In this document: one piece after another, positions 17,470-28,159 of the stretch | Layout of the letters: each line of letters begins with the position of its first letter | Position numbering within the stretch: the first letter of the stretch is position 1 | The notes under the pieces: generated by a model | Databases searched by the model: none | The model's input: the letters and a program-made list of their open reading frames with translations, nothing else | What the model was told of the DNA's origin: nothing | Program-made: the position numbers and the translations under genes | Assembly (NCBI GenBank): GCA_018062705.1 | Contig: JAGORQ010000002.1 | Location: 7,450-71,449, forward strand | DNA from: Candidatus Shapirobacteria bacterium | GTDB taxonomy: Bacteria; Patescibacteriota; Microgenomatia; UBA12405 | Direction: 5' to 3' | Length of the DNA stretch: 64,000 nucleotides

Positions 17470-18510
17470 TCATTTCACATACTTGTCAGTCACCGCCGAC
17501 ACGTAGGCCACGAAATTATTATCCCCCTCAAATACAAACACTGGTTGCATGTAATTGGTCAAGTTCATCGGTTCAAAAAACGCCAAATAAATTTTTCTAA
17601 TGGTGGCACTATTGCCCACCGAATCATACGCTGGCCAGTAATTTCCTATTTTAAGGTCATTTACTGCCTGATCAACCGTTTTTATCGGGTAAGTTCCAAA
17701 CGACTCTCGATCAATTGGTGAATAACGGTAATTTACTTCAATTGCTTTTCGGTTTTGAATTGATGAACCTGTCAGCACCACCGACACCGTCGCCGAGTTA
17801 ACATCAGCGGTTACGATTTTATATTTACTCTCCAAGTCTTGTCGGAAAAAATCCACTCTCGTAACATTAGCTTCTGATTGCGACGACACTGCCTTCAATC
17901 CACTATATTCAATTTTCCAAAACGACACTTTTTGCAACCCGCCCACCAGATCGGTTGGCAGTTTGTCCGCTTGGCCCAAATACGACTTTGCTTCCAGTAG
18001 CGCTTCATCTTTACTCAGCACTTTTTCTGGGTTAAGCAGCATTTGATCAGTTTCGTAGGGGTATTTCAAATGAAAACTCCCATCCAACACATTCATGGTT
18101 AGTTTCAGACTCGAAGTACTATTAGTAAATTCATAAATACCGTAGCCAACTTCTTTGGGCTCATCTTTAAAGCCCAAATCAGCCGCCGTCTTTTTGTCTT
18201 GCTCCAAGGCCAAAAATGCTGTATCCGGTCTAGCCACAAAATAGACTCTAAATTTGTCATCTACTGTGGGGAACTTATCATTGGGCATTTCAAAGGTGAA
18301 ATTCTTTTTATCAAATTTTTTTGCTGGGAACTGAATCTTGGGCAACACTCCATATCGGGTATCGGGCGGAACGTATGGTGGATGGGCTGCAATCCAGGCA
18401 TTTATCCCCCAGGTAATTACTGTATATAGCACAAAAAAGCTTCCAAAAATAACTCCACTGTACTTCACCAATCTCCGGGTGACATAGGCGGTATAAGTTA
18501 ACGACGACAT
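17470..18510 (-). CDS. hypothetical membrane-anchored protein (N-terminal TM)
   Basis: 346 aa ORF, one N-terminal TM, no recognisable motifs. Confidence 0.6.
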   Translation of the reverse strand: MSSLTYTAYVTRRLVKYSGVIFGSFFVLYTVITWGINAWIAAHPPYVPPDTRYGVLPKIQFPAKKFDKKNFTFEMPNDKFPTVDDKFRVYFVARPDTAFLALEQDKKTAADLGFKDEPKEVGYGIYEFTNSTSSLKLTMNVLDGSFHLKYPYETDQMLLNPEKVLSKDEALLEAKSYLGQADKLPTDLVGGLQKVSFWKIEYSGLKAVSSQSEANVTRVDFFRQDLESKYKIVTADVNSATVSVVLTGSSIQNRKAIEVNYRYSPIDRESFGTYPIKTVDQAVNDLKIGNYWPAYDSVGNSATIRKIYLAFFEPMNLTNYMQPVFVFEGDNNFVAYVSAVTDKYVK

Positions 18511-18600
18511 ACAATAATCTTACACTATAAATTACTAAATCTTAACGTGCATTTGGTTGCTTCGATTCGCTTGATTTCAACCTGTCAATGGCATTTCCAT

Positions 18601-18629
18601 GTAGAGACGCCCCGCGGGGCGTCTCTTTT
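18601..18629. repeat. R4 hairpin gtagagacg CCCCGCGGGG cgtctct
   Basis: Perfect palindrome in the divergent intergenic region; relatives at 37591 and 58895. Confidence 0.7.
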
Positions 18630-18654
18630 GCGATTGAAAATGTTAAACTACACC

Positions 18655-20088
18655 ATGTCTTCACCTGCATCTATTCGCACTCGCATGGCCCCGTCACCTA
18701 CCGGCGAATACCACATTGGCCATATCCGCACACTTCTCTACAATTTTGCCTTAGCCCATCAATCCGCCGGCCAATTTATAATTCGGATAGAGGACACCGA
18801 CCAGAAAAGATTTGTTATCGGTGCCCAAGACAGGATTCTTCAAGTAATCAAAGACTATGGATTAAGTTGGGATGAAGGTCCCGACATTGGCGGACCTTAC
18901 TCTCCCTATGTCCAATCAGAACGCCTCAATATTTATCAAAAATATTTAAAGCAGTTGCTCGACTCAGGTCAGGCTTATTATTGCTTTTGCACCGAAGATC
19001 GACTTACTGAAATGCGCGATTTGCAAAAAGCCAGCGGAAAACTTCCCAAGTATGATCGTCACTGCCTATCACTCTCTCCGGCGGAAGTTCAAAAAAATCT
19101 TGAAGCCGGCCTACCTTATGTTGTCCGTCTGCGGATTCCCGATCGGGAAACTATCGTTATTGAAGATCTCGTTCGAGGCAAAATTAAATTCAATACCAAC
19201 GATGTTGACGATCAGGTACTAGTCAAAAGCAATGGTATTCCCACCTATCATTTTGCCGCCGCTGTCGACGACCATCTGATGAACATCACCCATATACTTC
19301 GCGGTGACGAATGGATTTCTTCTGTACCCAAACTCTATACCATTTATAAATATCTTGATTGGGAACTGCCAAAACTGGCCCATCTTCCAGTATTTTTAGA
19401 CCCAAGTGGTCAGGGGAAAATGAGCAAACGTAAAGGTACAGTCTCCGCCCGAAGCTTTTTAGATGATGGTTATTTGCCTGAGGCTTTACTAAATTTTTTG
19501 ATGTTGCTCGGCTGGAATCCTGGCACAGAGCAGGAATTGTTTAGTCTCGACGAATTCGTCAAAGAATTTAAAATTGAAAAGCTTCATGTCAAACAGCCAA
19601 TTTTTGATCGCAAAAAACTTGATTACTTCAATGGTCTTTACATCCGCGAAAAAATCACTGAGGCCAAATATTTGGAATATTTCAAAAAATTTCTCCCCGA
19701 GGCTTCAGACGAACAGGTCAAAATTCTCGCTCCAATTCTTCGCAGTCGACTAGTTAAATTTAGCGACTTAAAAACTTCTCTAGCGTTTATTTTTGATGAT
19801 ATTAAATACGACAAAGAACTATTGCTCAAAAAGGGGACCTCGCCGGAATTAGCCAAAGAAATGCTAACTAAATCAATAAATTTGTTATCTACAGATTTTT
19901 CTGATCTAGTTTCTCGAATCCAGAATCTAGTTTCTGAAAATTCCTGGAATGTCGGTGAATTCTTTATGGTCTTCCGGGTAGCTATCTGTGGTGTGGCCTT
20001 CACCCCACCTGTGGTTGACTGCTTGCCGGCTCTCGGTCAAGAATCAACCTTACGTAAACTTAATCTTGCACTGAAAAATTTAATATAA
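18655..20088 (+). CDS. gltX: glutamate--tRNA ligase
   Basis: MAPSPTGEYHIGH (HIGH motif), KMSKR as KMSKRKG; the track start 18547 would add 36 aa across the R4 hairpin, so ATG 18655 is preferred. Confidence 0.9.
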   Translation: MSSPASIRTRMAPSPTGEYHIGHIRTLLYNFALAHQSAGQFIIRIEDTDQKRFVIGAQDRILQVIKDYGLSWDEGPDIGGPYSPYVQSERLNIYQKYLKQLLDSGQAYYCFCTEDRLTEMRDLQKASGKLPKYDRHCLSLSPAEVQKNLEAGLPYVVRLRIPDRETIVIEDLVRGKIKFNTNDVDDQVLVKSNGIPTYHFAAAVDDHLMNITHILRGDEWISSVPKLYTIYKYLDWELPKLAHLPVFLDPSGQGKMSKRKGTVSARSFLDDGYLPEALLNFLMLLGWNPGTEQELFSLDEFVKEFKIEKLHVKQPIFDRKKLDYFNGLYIREKITEAKYLEYFKKFLPEASDEQVKILAPILRSRLVKFSDLKTSLAFIFDDIKYDKELLLKKGTSPELAKEMLTKSINLLSTDFSDLVSRIQNLVSENSWNVGEFFMVFRVAICGVAFTPPVVDCLPALGQESTLRKLNLALKNLI

Positions 20089-20096
20089 AAATATTT

Positions 20097-20156
20097 CCCC
20101 CTCTTTCGTCAAAGTCGAAGATATCGCTTCAGCGATGAGGGGGTAGGGGGAGATTT
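20097..20156. repeat. R3 hairpin (long variant with inner hairpin) after gltX
   Basis: ccccctctttcgtcaaagtcgaagatatcgcttcagcgatgagggggtagggggagattta. Confidence 0.7.
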
Positions 20157-20162
20157 AATTTT

Positions 20163-20918
20163 TTGCTACACTATTTTGTGCTTTTAATTTTATTTTTACT
20201 CTCACTCTTTTCTCGCCCAGTCTTTGCCCTCGACCCGATTGCCAAAATCACCAACTTTTCTTCCGACACCTCACCTGAATGGGTCGAGATTACCAATCTT
20301 TCCAGTCAAACAATTGATTTATCCAATTGGAAAATCCGCGACAGTAATAATCAAACAGGCGACGATATCATTATCACCGGTTGTTTGTCGCCAAGTAACA
20401 CTCAAGTTTTTTCCAAAAATTCCAGCTGGCTAAACAATACTGGCGACACCATCTCTCTTTACAACTCCACCGACACTCTAGTTGACCAACTAACTTATTC
20501 TGTTGGTAAAACTGGCGATGCACCAGCATCAACCAATACTTGTGTTCCCACCTCAACTCCAACTCTCACTCCATCTCCAGTTCCCGCCACCAACACACCT
20601 CATCCCACCTCTACTCCTACCGCTACTCCCACCAATACCCCAGTCCCAACCTCCACGCCAACTCGCACGCCGACACCGACTCAAACACCTACTCCCACTC
20701 CCACCAGTGAACCCACACCCATCGACTCGCCAATGCCAACGGCGACGGCGGTCACCGATTTGCCAATTGATATTTCCGGCCCAATCGATTCGGCAACTCC
20801 GACCAAAGCACCAGCCAAATCTTCAAAATTCAACTCCCAAATTCTTCCAACTATTTTTATTATCATTGGCGGTTTGCTTCTAGTTGTCCCTCTAATCATT
20901 TCCAAAATCAAAAAGTGA
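20163..20918 (+). CDS. secreted lamin-tail-domain (LTD) protein with PT linker and C-terminal TM anchor
   Basis: EWVEITNLSSQTIDLSNWKIRD...ISLYN LTD pattern; TPTPTQTPTPTPT linker; TTG start at 20163, or GTG at 20178. Confidence 0.65.
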   Translation: MLHYFVLLILFLLSLFSRPVFALDPIAKITNFSSDTSPEWVEITNLSSQTIDLSNWKIRDSNNQTGDDIIITGCLSPSNTQVFSKNSSWLNNTGDTISLYNSTDTLVDQLTYSVGKTGDAPASTNTCVPTSTPTLTPSPVPATNTPHPTSTPTATPTNTPVPTSTPTRTPTPTQTPTPTPTSEPTPIDSPMPTATAVTDLPIDISGPIDSATPTKAPAKSSKFNSQILPTIFIIIGGLLLVVPLIISKIKK

Positions 20919-21277
20919 CCAAAATTTACCGCTATATTCCAGCTTTTCTTTGGATGTGCTTTATTTTTTACCTGTCTTCCCGCCAAACTACTGGCATTCA
21001 CAGTGTTGTCGTCAATCGGTTTTATATTCTCAAAACTTTTCACCTTGTCGAGTATGCTATTTTAGCTATATTGTTGTTTTACGCCACCCTGTCACATTTT
21101 TCTACCATCCTAATTGCCTACCTCTTCTCCATCACTGATGAGTATCATCAGCTCTTTACTTCCGGCCGTTCCGGACGGCTCTACGATACCCTATATGATT
21201 TAATCGGAGTAGCTATTGGATTAATAATAATTTTAACAATAAAATCAATTTTTAGCTTGAAAAATACTCAAAAGTAA
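20915..21277 (+). CDS. VanZ-like family membrane protein
   Basis: DEYHQLFTSGRSGRLYDTLYDLIGVAIG; GTG start overlapping the upstream stop. Confidence 0.65.
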   Translation: MTKIYRYIPAFLWMCFIFYLSSRQTTGIHSVVVNRFYILKTFHLVEYAILAILLFYATLSHFSTILIAYLFSITDEYHQLFTSGRSGRLYDTLYDLIGVAIGLIIILTIKSIFSLKNTQK

Positions 21278-21347
21278 CTACACATCTATCTAGTAGCAGT
21301 TTGAATTATCTTACTGTAAAATACGTCCATATAACTTTTTTCAATAG

Positions 21348-22382
21348 ATGTCTTCACAGAAGCTTAAAATTTCTATTCTCATACCTTGCTACAACGAGGA
21401 AAAATCCATCCGGTCTTCAATCAATGCTTGCTTAGCTCAAACCCGTCCCTTTGATCAAATTTTAGTTGTCAATGATTGTTCCACCGACAACACCCTAAAA
21501 ATACTAAAAACATTTGGCAAAAAAATTCAAGTTATTGATCTCAAAGTACACGCTGGCAACAAAAGTTACGCCCAAGAACAAGGTTTGCCCTATATTACGG
21601 GTGATATTTTTGTCGCCACTGATGGCGATACCCTTCTCGACCCCAAGTTTAATGAAATTATCGAGTCAGACTTCAAGGACAAAAAAGTTGCGGCAGTCGC
21701 CGGATATGTCCGCAGCCTCAAATACAACTGGTTGACCATGTGCCGGGCTTTTGATTACGTTATTGGTCAAAATATTCACAAGTTAGCCCAAAAATACCTT
21801 GGTTATATTTTTGTTATTCCCGGTGCCGCCAGCGCTTTTCGCACCAATGTTTTCAAAAAGTATATTGGTTTTGATCACGACACTATCACCGAAGATCTGG
21901 ATTTTACCTACAAACTCCACAAAAACAATCTTTATATTCATTACAACAATAAAGCTATTGTCTACACCCAAGACCCCGATACTCTTCGTTCATATATAGG
22001 ACAAATGCGACGCTGGTATGGTGGCGGTTGGCAAAATCTGGTAAAACACATCAATAATGATTTAGTTGAGGATCCTCGTCGGGTACTTGAGTTGTCACTA
22101 ATTTATGTTGAAGGTGTAGTTTTTTCATTTTTAATTTTTCTTGTCCCACTTCTCAATATTCTTTGGGCCGTCAAATTCTTTCTACTCTTGACTATTATAG
22201 TAGCCATAGAAGCCATTCTAGCTTCAATTATTGAAAAAAGACTCGATTTCTTACTTATACCTTTTATCTATCCTTTTATGATGTACGTTAATAGTTATGT
22301 CTCTTTAGAGCAGTTTATCAAGGAGGGGATTTTAAAATCTAAAAACCTTGTTTGGTATCACCCAGCTCGCCGTGAAATATGA
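21348..22382 (+). CDS. family 2 glycosyltransferase, processive-synthase type (QxxRW), with C-terminal TM
   Basis: ILIPCYNEE, DCSTDNT, ATDGDT, QMRRWYGG (QxxRW). Confidence 0.8.
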   Translation: MSSQKLKISILIPCYNEEKSIRSSINACLAQTRPFDQILVVNDCSTDNTLKILKTFGKKIQVIDLKVHAGNKSYAQEQGLPYITGDIFVATDGDTLLDPKFNEIIESDFKDKKVAAVAGYVRSLKYNWLTMCRAFDYVIGQNIHKLAQKYLGYIFVIPGAASAFRTNVFKKYIGFDHDTITEDLDFTYKLHKNNLYIHYNNKAIVYTQDPDTLRSYIGQMRRWYGGGWQNLVKHINNDLVEDPRRVLELSLIYVEGVVFSFLIFLVPLLNILWAVKFFLLLTIIVAIEAILASIIEKRLDFLLIPFIYPFMMYVNSYVSLEQFIKEGILKSKNLVWYHPARREI

Positions 22383-22485
22383 TGTTTGTACCCGGTTTAT
22401 CACTCTTGGTACATTTGTTAATAATTTTTGTTGGTTTTGTCGGCACCACAATCAAAAATATTTGGCAAAAAATAAATTAATCTAT

Positions 22486-22929
22486 ATGAAAAAAATACTT
22501 TCACTCACTGTTTTTATTGCCATTTTCTCACTGGTATCTTATACCGCTGGTTTCACTCTGGACAAATGTCTCACCGAACGCTCAAATATAACACTCGTGG
22601 CCGAAGCACTTAAATTAGGTACCGTGCCAGTTATTGCCCAGTTACCCTCAGACTCATCAGTCTTAGGGGAATCAATTGTGGCACCATCGCCCACACCAGA
22701 CCCTGTCAAGATTTCTCAAATACTACTCTCTTGTCAACCAAAAATTTACTCCGGATATTCGGTTGTTAACTATTATTTAGACAACAAATTAGACTATTCG
22801 TTTGATTCTCGTACCCAAGACGCTTTAACTTATGGTATAAAAAACTATACAGGTACCGCTGATCAGAATTCAAAATTATTGCAGTATTTAACCCAAAAAC
22901 AGGTCAAAATATGTCTCGATTCAAATTAA
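22486..22929 (+). CDS. secreted hypothetical protein
   Basis: Signal peptide [21 protein letters not shown]; the track ORF starts at 22348, overlapping the previous gene. Confidence 0.55.
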   Translation: MKKILSLTVFIAIFSLVSYTAGFTLDKCLTERSNITLVAEALKLGTVPVIAQLPSDSSVLGESIVAPSPTPDPVKISQILLSCQPKIYSGYSVVNYYLDNKLDYSFDSRTQDALTYGIKNYTGTADQNSKLLQYLTQKQVKICLDSN

Positions 22930-25900
22930 ACTTAATTCGATCTTTACTTTTCCTTTTTGTTTTTGTAGGTTTTCGCCTGGCTTTCCCCGACTTTTCTAGT
23001 ACCCAAACAGACAATTTAATCAGTAACTCATCAGTTGAAACACCCTCAGTTGGTACCACCCTCCCTCTCGACTGGTATGTAGACAATTGGGGTACCAACA
23101 AAGCAGTTTTTACCTATCCTGTGGCCGGTTATGTTGGTAGTGGCGTCAAGGTTCAGCTTACCTCCCGAACCAGCGGCGATGCCAAATGGTATTTCAAAGA
23201 AATACCAGTAACCGCCTCAAAAACTTACACCTTCACTGATTATTATCAATCAAATGTCGTCAGCTCAGTTGTCGTTGCCACTGTCACCACTACCGGTTCC
23301 TATGTCTACACCACACTGGCAAATCCAGCAATCGCTGCCAATTGGACTAAATTTACCGTCAACTTTACTACACCTGCCAATGCCTCAAAGGTTACTGTTT
23401 ACCACCTCATCAACAAAGTTGGTTGGTTATCTACCGATGAATTTTCTTTAGTCCCGCTGGTCACCCAGACTCCTACTCCCACTTTGACACCCACCATTAC
23501 TCCAACCCACCCACCAACCCCCACTCCTAGCCTCGTTCCCACAGCAACCATCACTCAAATCCCGACTCCGACACCTACAGTAACTGTTGGCAATGTCGTT
23601 CCCAACCCCGGTTTTGAAACCGTTTCTGGCTCCTTGCCAGCCAGTTGGTCGAAGCTAAAATGGGGCACCAACACTACCACTTTTTCCTACCTAACTACCG
23701 GTCACACCGGCTCCCGTTCTGCCAAGGTTCAAACCACCAAATACACCAATGGTGATGCCAAATGGCAATTTACCTCTGTCCCAGTGACTCCTGGTGATTC
23801 TTACCAATTTTCTGACTGGTACAAATCAAACATTGTCACCCATATGGTCGTTAAATTTGTCTTAAACGACAATACTGAGTTTTACCTCGGACTCCACGAT
23901 GCACCAGCATCAACAAACTGGACTCAATACTCTGATAGTTTTGAAGTACCTGCCAACGCCAAAAATATGACTGTATTGCATTTAATTTCCGCGGTGGGCA
24001 CATTAACTATCGACGATTTTTCCTTAGTCAAATACACTCCTACTCCTCTAAATCGCACCTTAGTTACCCTAACTTTTGACGACGGCTGGGAAGACAATGT
24101 CACTACTGTTTTACCCATTTTAAAGTCCAACAATATCCCAGTTACTTACTATTTTGCCACCACTTTTTTATCCAATTCACCTCATACTGGAGCTATCAAT
24201 GTCTCCGGTGATCAGGCAGTTTTATCTGTGTTTAACAATGGTAACGAAATTGGTTCTCATTCAGTCACACACCCTGATTTAACAACTTTGAATGCTACCC
24301 AATTAAATTCCGAGATTACTGATTCCAAAAATTATCTCGAGAACCTCATTGGTACCGGCAGGGTTACCAGCTTTGCCACTCCATACGGTGCCTACAACAC
24401 TACTTCGCTTAATGCCCTCAAAACTCTCTACCGCAGTCATCGTCCCACCGATGAAGGTTTCAATACTGGTGATAGTTTGGATCCTTATCGCCTCAAAGTC
24501 CAAAATATGCTCTCTGATACCACCTTAAGCGAATTCCAGAGTTGGGTTGATCAAGCCATCAAAGACAAGTCTTGGTTGGTACTTGTTTACCACCGTGTTG
24601 CCACCACCAATCTTGATGCTTATGACACTAATCTAGTCGATTTTCAAAATCAACTAAATTATCTTTTATCCAAGAATGTCACTTTCAAAACCGTCAGTGG
24701 TGCTTTGGATGAAATTGCTGGAATTCTTCCAACCTCTACTCCCACCAACACTCCCACCAATACACCCACTAATATTCCTACCAACACCCCAACACTAATT
24801 CCCACAAATACGCCTACATCGACACCCACCAATACTCCAACTTTAATTCCAACTAACACTCCAACAGTAATCCCTACAAATACTCCAACAATGACACCAA
24901 CCAACACTCCCACCAATACCCCAACAATCACCTTAACTCCGACAGTCACTCTTGCTCCCACCATCACTCCCACCGTTGGTCCTACTACCATTCCTATCTA
25001 TCCCACCCCCACATATTTTCCTGCTCCAACTCCCGGTCCAAATTTAGTCCCCAATAACTCACTCGAAACCGCCAACTCTGCCAATGCAAATTTACCAGAT
25101 TCTTGGAATACAGGTAATTGGGGCACAAACACTCCAGTCTTTACCTATCCCGTCCCTGGTGTTGATGGAGCTTCCGCTACCAAAGTCGAACTAACTTCAT
25201 TTACTGATGGTGACGCTAAATGGTATTTTAATGACGTTTCTGTTAATCCTGGTACAATCTACAATTTTTCCAATCAATATCAGTCAAATGTGGCTACTCG
25301 AGTAGTTGTCCGTTTCCATCATGATGCCGGCAACGATAATTATCAGGATATCGCTACCCCACCCTCTTCTGCTAGTTGGACTAGTACTTCCGCCAATATC
25401 ACCATTCCTGCTGATGTCCACACAATTACAATCTTTCACCTCATCGAACAGGTTGGTTATTTAGTTGTCGATAATTACTCACTTCGTGCATCAGCGACAG
25501 CTAATACTCCCTTTTCCCAAGGTATGGTTACCTTATCTTTCGATGATGGTTGGAACTCGGTCTTTCAAAACGCCATTCCCATACTCAATTCCAAAAATTT
25601 CAAAAGTACCCAATTTTTAACCACCACCTTTTTAGATAATTTGGCTGATGGTTACATGTCACTCACCAACGCTCTTACCATGCAGTCCCAGGGACATGAA
25701 ATCGGTGCCCATACCAAAACACACCCAGATCTCAACACGCTCACCGAGTCACAAATTATCAATGAAGTTACCGGCTCTCGCCAAGACCTTTTGTCACTTG
25801 GTTTCAATCCAGTCAAGTCGATTGCGCCTCCTTTTGGTAATGCCAACAGTACTGTCATGCAAATTATCAAGCAATCAGGCTTTACCACATCTAGGACTGC

Positions 25901-26180
25901 TAATCCCGAGGATGCTGGCTATAATTACAAAAACACCGACCCCTTTCAACTAAAAAATCAATCAATGGAAATATCCACCACACTTGATCAAGCTAAATCG
26001 ATGATCGACTCCGCTCGAAGCAATAACAGTTGGCTAATCATGGTATTCCATCAAGTTGACACTAGTGGTGGACAATATTCAGTTTCACCCGCTTTACTCC
26101 AAGGTATCGCCGATTATCTCCAGTCTACCTCTACCACTGTGGTCACTCTCTCTCAAGGTCTCAATGCCATGTTGAATTAA
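22911..26180 (+). CDS. secreted 1089-aa protein with three CBM-like beta-sandwich modules, two polysaccharide deacetylase (NodB/CE4) domains and PT linkers
   Basis: TFDDGWEDN...[10 protein letters not shown] and SFDDGWNSV...[10 protein letters not shown] NodB motifs; three repeats of ...GDAKW(Y/Q)F... Confidence 0.75.
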   Translation: MSRFKLNLIRSLLFLFVFVGFRLAFPDFSSTQTDNLISNSSVETPSVGTTLPLDWYVDNWGTNKAVFTYPVAGYVGSGVKVQLTSRTSGDAKWYFKEIPVTASKTYTFTDYYQSNVVSSVVVATVTTTGSYVYTTLANPAIAANWTKFTVNFTTPANASKVTVYHLINKVGWLSTDEFSLVPLVTQTPTPTLTPTITPTHPPTPTPSLVPTATITQIPTPTPTVTVGNVVPNPGFETVSGSLPASWSKLKWGTNTTTFSYLTTGHTGSRSAKVQTTKYTNGDAKWQFTSVPVTPGDSYQFSDWYKSNIVTHMVVKFVLNDNTEFYLGLHDAPASTNWTQYSDSFEVPANAKNMTVLHLISAVGTLTIDDFSLVKYTPTPLNRTLVTLTFDDGWEDNVTTVLPILKSNNIPVTYYFATTFLSNSPHTGAINVSGDQAVLSVFNNGNEIGSHSVTHPDLTTLNATQLNSEITDSKNYLENLIGTGRVTSFATPYGAYNTTSLNALKTLYRSHRPTDEGFNTGDSLDPYRLKVQNMLSDTTLSEFQSWVDQAIKDKSWLVLVYHRVATTNLDAYDTNLVDFQNQLNYLLSKNVTFKTVSGALDEIAGILPTSTPTNTPTNTPTNIPTNTPTLIPTNTPTSTPTNTPTLIPTNTPTVIPTNTPTMTPTNTPTNTPTITLTPTVTLAPTITPTVGPTTIPIYPTPTYFPAPTPGPNLVPNNSLETANSANANLPDSWNTGNWGTNTPVFTYPVPGVDGASATKVELTSFTDGDAKWYFNDVSVNPGTIYNFSNQYQSNVATRVVVRFHHDAGNDNYQDIATPPSSASWTSTSANITIPADVHTITIFHLIEQVGYLVVDNYSLRASATANTPFSQGMVTLSFDDGWNSVFQNAIPILNSKNFKSTQFLTTTFLDNLADGYMSLTNALTMQSQGHEIGAHTKTHPDLNTLTESQIINEVTGSRQDLLSLGFNPVKSIAPPFGNANSTVMQIIKQSGFTTSRTANPEDAGYNYKNTDPFQLKNQSMEISTTLDQAKSMIDSARSNNSWLIMVFHQVDTSGGQYSVSPALLQGIADYLQSTSTTVVTLSQGLNAMLN

Positions 26181-26189
26181 CTCACTCTC

Positions 26190-27158
26190 ATGACCCGAGG
26201 TATAAATACTTTAAAAACTTTTCTTGCGCTATCAATAATAATGACAGTAGCTGGCTGTAACACAACTCCTGTCCCAGTAATTGCTGAAACCGCCACTCCT
26301 GTCAGTTCCCCACCCGACACCCCAACACCTCGACCAACATCAACGCTACTGCCCACAGAAACAGCTTTTCCTTCGCAGGTTCCTGAAGCTACAAACAGTA
26401 ATAATAAGTTAAATATTGGACTATTTGCCGGAGACGCCGCTGAAACCAAAAAATTAATTGACGAAATTGGGGTTGCACCAGATATGTTAGCTACCTTTAT
26501 AGGTCTAGATGGAAGTGGTGACATTCATCAGGAAATGGTTGACCTCGCCAAGAAAAATAAAACTGGCCTAGTAATATATCTAGAGACAAATGAGACCAAT
26601 TCTCAAATGCTTGATACCGAAACCAATGAGTGGTTAACAAAAATTGCCGAAAAATTAGAAGAATCAGAAGTGCCTACAATTGTCGTCTTTTTACCTGAGC
26701 CAAATTTGAGAGGTGAAGACATTCCTTGGGCAGACGGTACGGCTGATAATAGTCCGGAAAAATTTAAAAAAGTCTGGGCTATGGCGCATGAAATTTTCAA
26801 AGACAAAAAAAATATTAAATTAGCTCTTGCCTTAAACGAAATCCAGTCAGGTGACAACTCTACTGCCTATATCCCGCCGGCAGACCAAGTAGATATCTAT
26901 GGTGTCGACGCTTTTCGTTGGCCGGACGATCCTCGAACTACTGAAGACATGTTTACCTCAACTTTAGATTTGTTTGCCAAGACCGGCAAACCAATGTGCG
27001 TATTTTCTACTGCAACCAGCACCGACAAAGCCAAGTGGTACCAGGAAGCCCTCGATTATGCTAAAAAACAAAAATTACACTGTGTTATGTTTTTTAATGT
27101 TAAGAAAGAAAACGATTGGACTGCTCCAAAAGAAATACTTAGAGATGCTCTTAACTAG
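26190..27158 (+). CDS. lipoprotein, GH26-like glycoside hydrolase (putative)
   Basis: Lipobox TVAGCN; VVFLPEPN...W and QVDIYGVDAF align with motifs of the two neighbouring GH26-like proteins. Confidence 0.45.
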   Translation: MTRGINTLKTFLALSIIMTVAGCNTTPVPVIAETATPVSSPPDTPTPRPTSTLLPTETAFPSQVPEATNSNNKLNIGLFAGDAAETKKLIDEIGVAPDMLATFIGLDGSGDIHQEMVDLAKKNKTGLVIYLETNETNSQMLDTETNEWLTKIAEKLEESEVPTIVVFLPEPNLRGEDIPWADGTADNSPEKFKKVWAMAHEIFKDKKNIKLALALNEIQSGDNSTAYIPPADQVDIYGVDAFRWPDDPRTTEDMFTSTLDLFAKTGKPMCVFSTATSTDKAKWYQEALDYAKKQKLHCVMFFNVKKENDWTAPKEILRDALN

Positions 27159-27192
27159 ATAGCATATCCTCTGGCAACTAAATCATGTTGAA

Positions 27193-28152
27193 TTAATTTT
27201 CTTCTCTTCCAGTCAGTATTTTCAGAGTTGACTCAGAGATTTGCCAATCGGGTGTTGGTAAGTCACCCCAAACACCAGGGTGATCAGTTGAGTTAAAATA
27301 AACCAGTCCATCTAGAAGCGGAAACCTGTTAAAACTTTTTGTTGCACCTTCTAACCATTTTTTTTGCATTTCTTCTGATCCGTAAACCCCTAATTCTGCA
27401 ATAATTATCTTCTTTTTGTAATTTTTTACCAATTCATACTTACTAGAAAGTAAGTCAAAAAATGTCGAGCCGTAGTCTTTCTGCCAGTCGGGATAGTAAT
27501 AAATAGACAGTCCAACATAATCCACATAGCTTTCACCTGGATAATATTCTTTTAAATTTTTGTTGCCTGCAGGTGACCACATATATTTAACCTGCTCTGC
27601 CCGCTTTCTACAAGTATCGACAAAATGCTTGTAGGATTCAATGTATTTTTGCGGATTTCCCCCAGACCAAGTGTATCTTCCGGACGGCATATCCATTTCG
27701 TGCCCCCATCGAATAATAACATCTGGATATTTAGCCAAATTGTCACACATTAGATTAACTTTTTCATCATATCTCCCTGCCCGAATGTCATCGAACAACT
27801 GGCTGGAATCACTGTTGCTAGAAAAAATTGGCCATGGCTCAAGCGTTATCAAAATATTCTTTCCAGAGTCGCGTATTTTGTCTAACTGCTCTGAAGTATA
27901 TTTTGTGTCGTAGTTATTCCAACCGACAAACACATGTTGAATCTCAATTCCTTCTAATGCCGACAGTCGTGAATTGTAGTCATATAGTCCAATTATCACT
28001 TTTTGAGGTGCGAAAAGACTGCAGGCAGAAAGTAAAATAGTCAAAAATTCAATCCCAATTAGCTTGGTTAACTGTAGTAAGTTGCTCACAACTGCAATTA
28101 TCTCAAAATTCAAAGAAATATTATTTTTTACATTGTCGGTGATATAATACAC
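27193..28152 (-). CDS. glycoside hydrolase family 26-like protein
   Basis: IRWGHEMDM (GH26 R-x-G-H-E-x-N region), YVDYVGLSIY, IIIAELG. Confidence 0.6.
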   Translation of the reverse strand: MYYITDNVKNNISLNFEIIAVVSNLLQLTKLIGIEFLTILLSACSLFAPQKVIIGLYDYNSRLSALEGIEIQHVFVGWNNYDTKYTSEQLDKIRDSGKNILITLEPWPIFSSNSDSSQLFDDIRAGRYDEKVNLMCDNLAKYPDVIIRWGHEMDMPSGRYTWSGGNPQKYIESYKHFVDTCRKRAEQVKYMWSPAGNKNLKEYYPGESYVDYVGLSIYYYPDWQKDYGSTFFDLLSSKYELVKNYKKKIIIAELGVYGSEEMQKKWLEGATKSFNRFPLLDGLVYFNSTDHPGVWGDLPTPDWQISESTLKILTGREEN

Positions 28153-28159
28153 CCATAAT

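Noticed and set aside
24659-24991. VGV-repeat ORFs (24659..24991-, 30972..31202+, N-terminal part of 61358..62794-) and collagen antisense ORFs (31788..32144-, 31871..32140-, 31954..32196+, 32387..32590-)
   Set aside because: They are antisense or alternative-frame translations of the PT-linker or G-X-Y repeat DNA of real genes.
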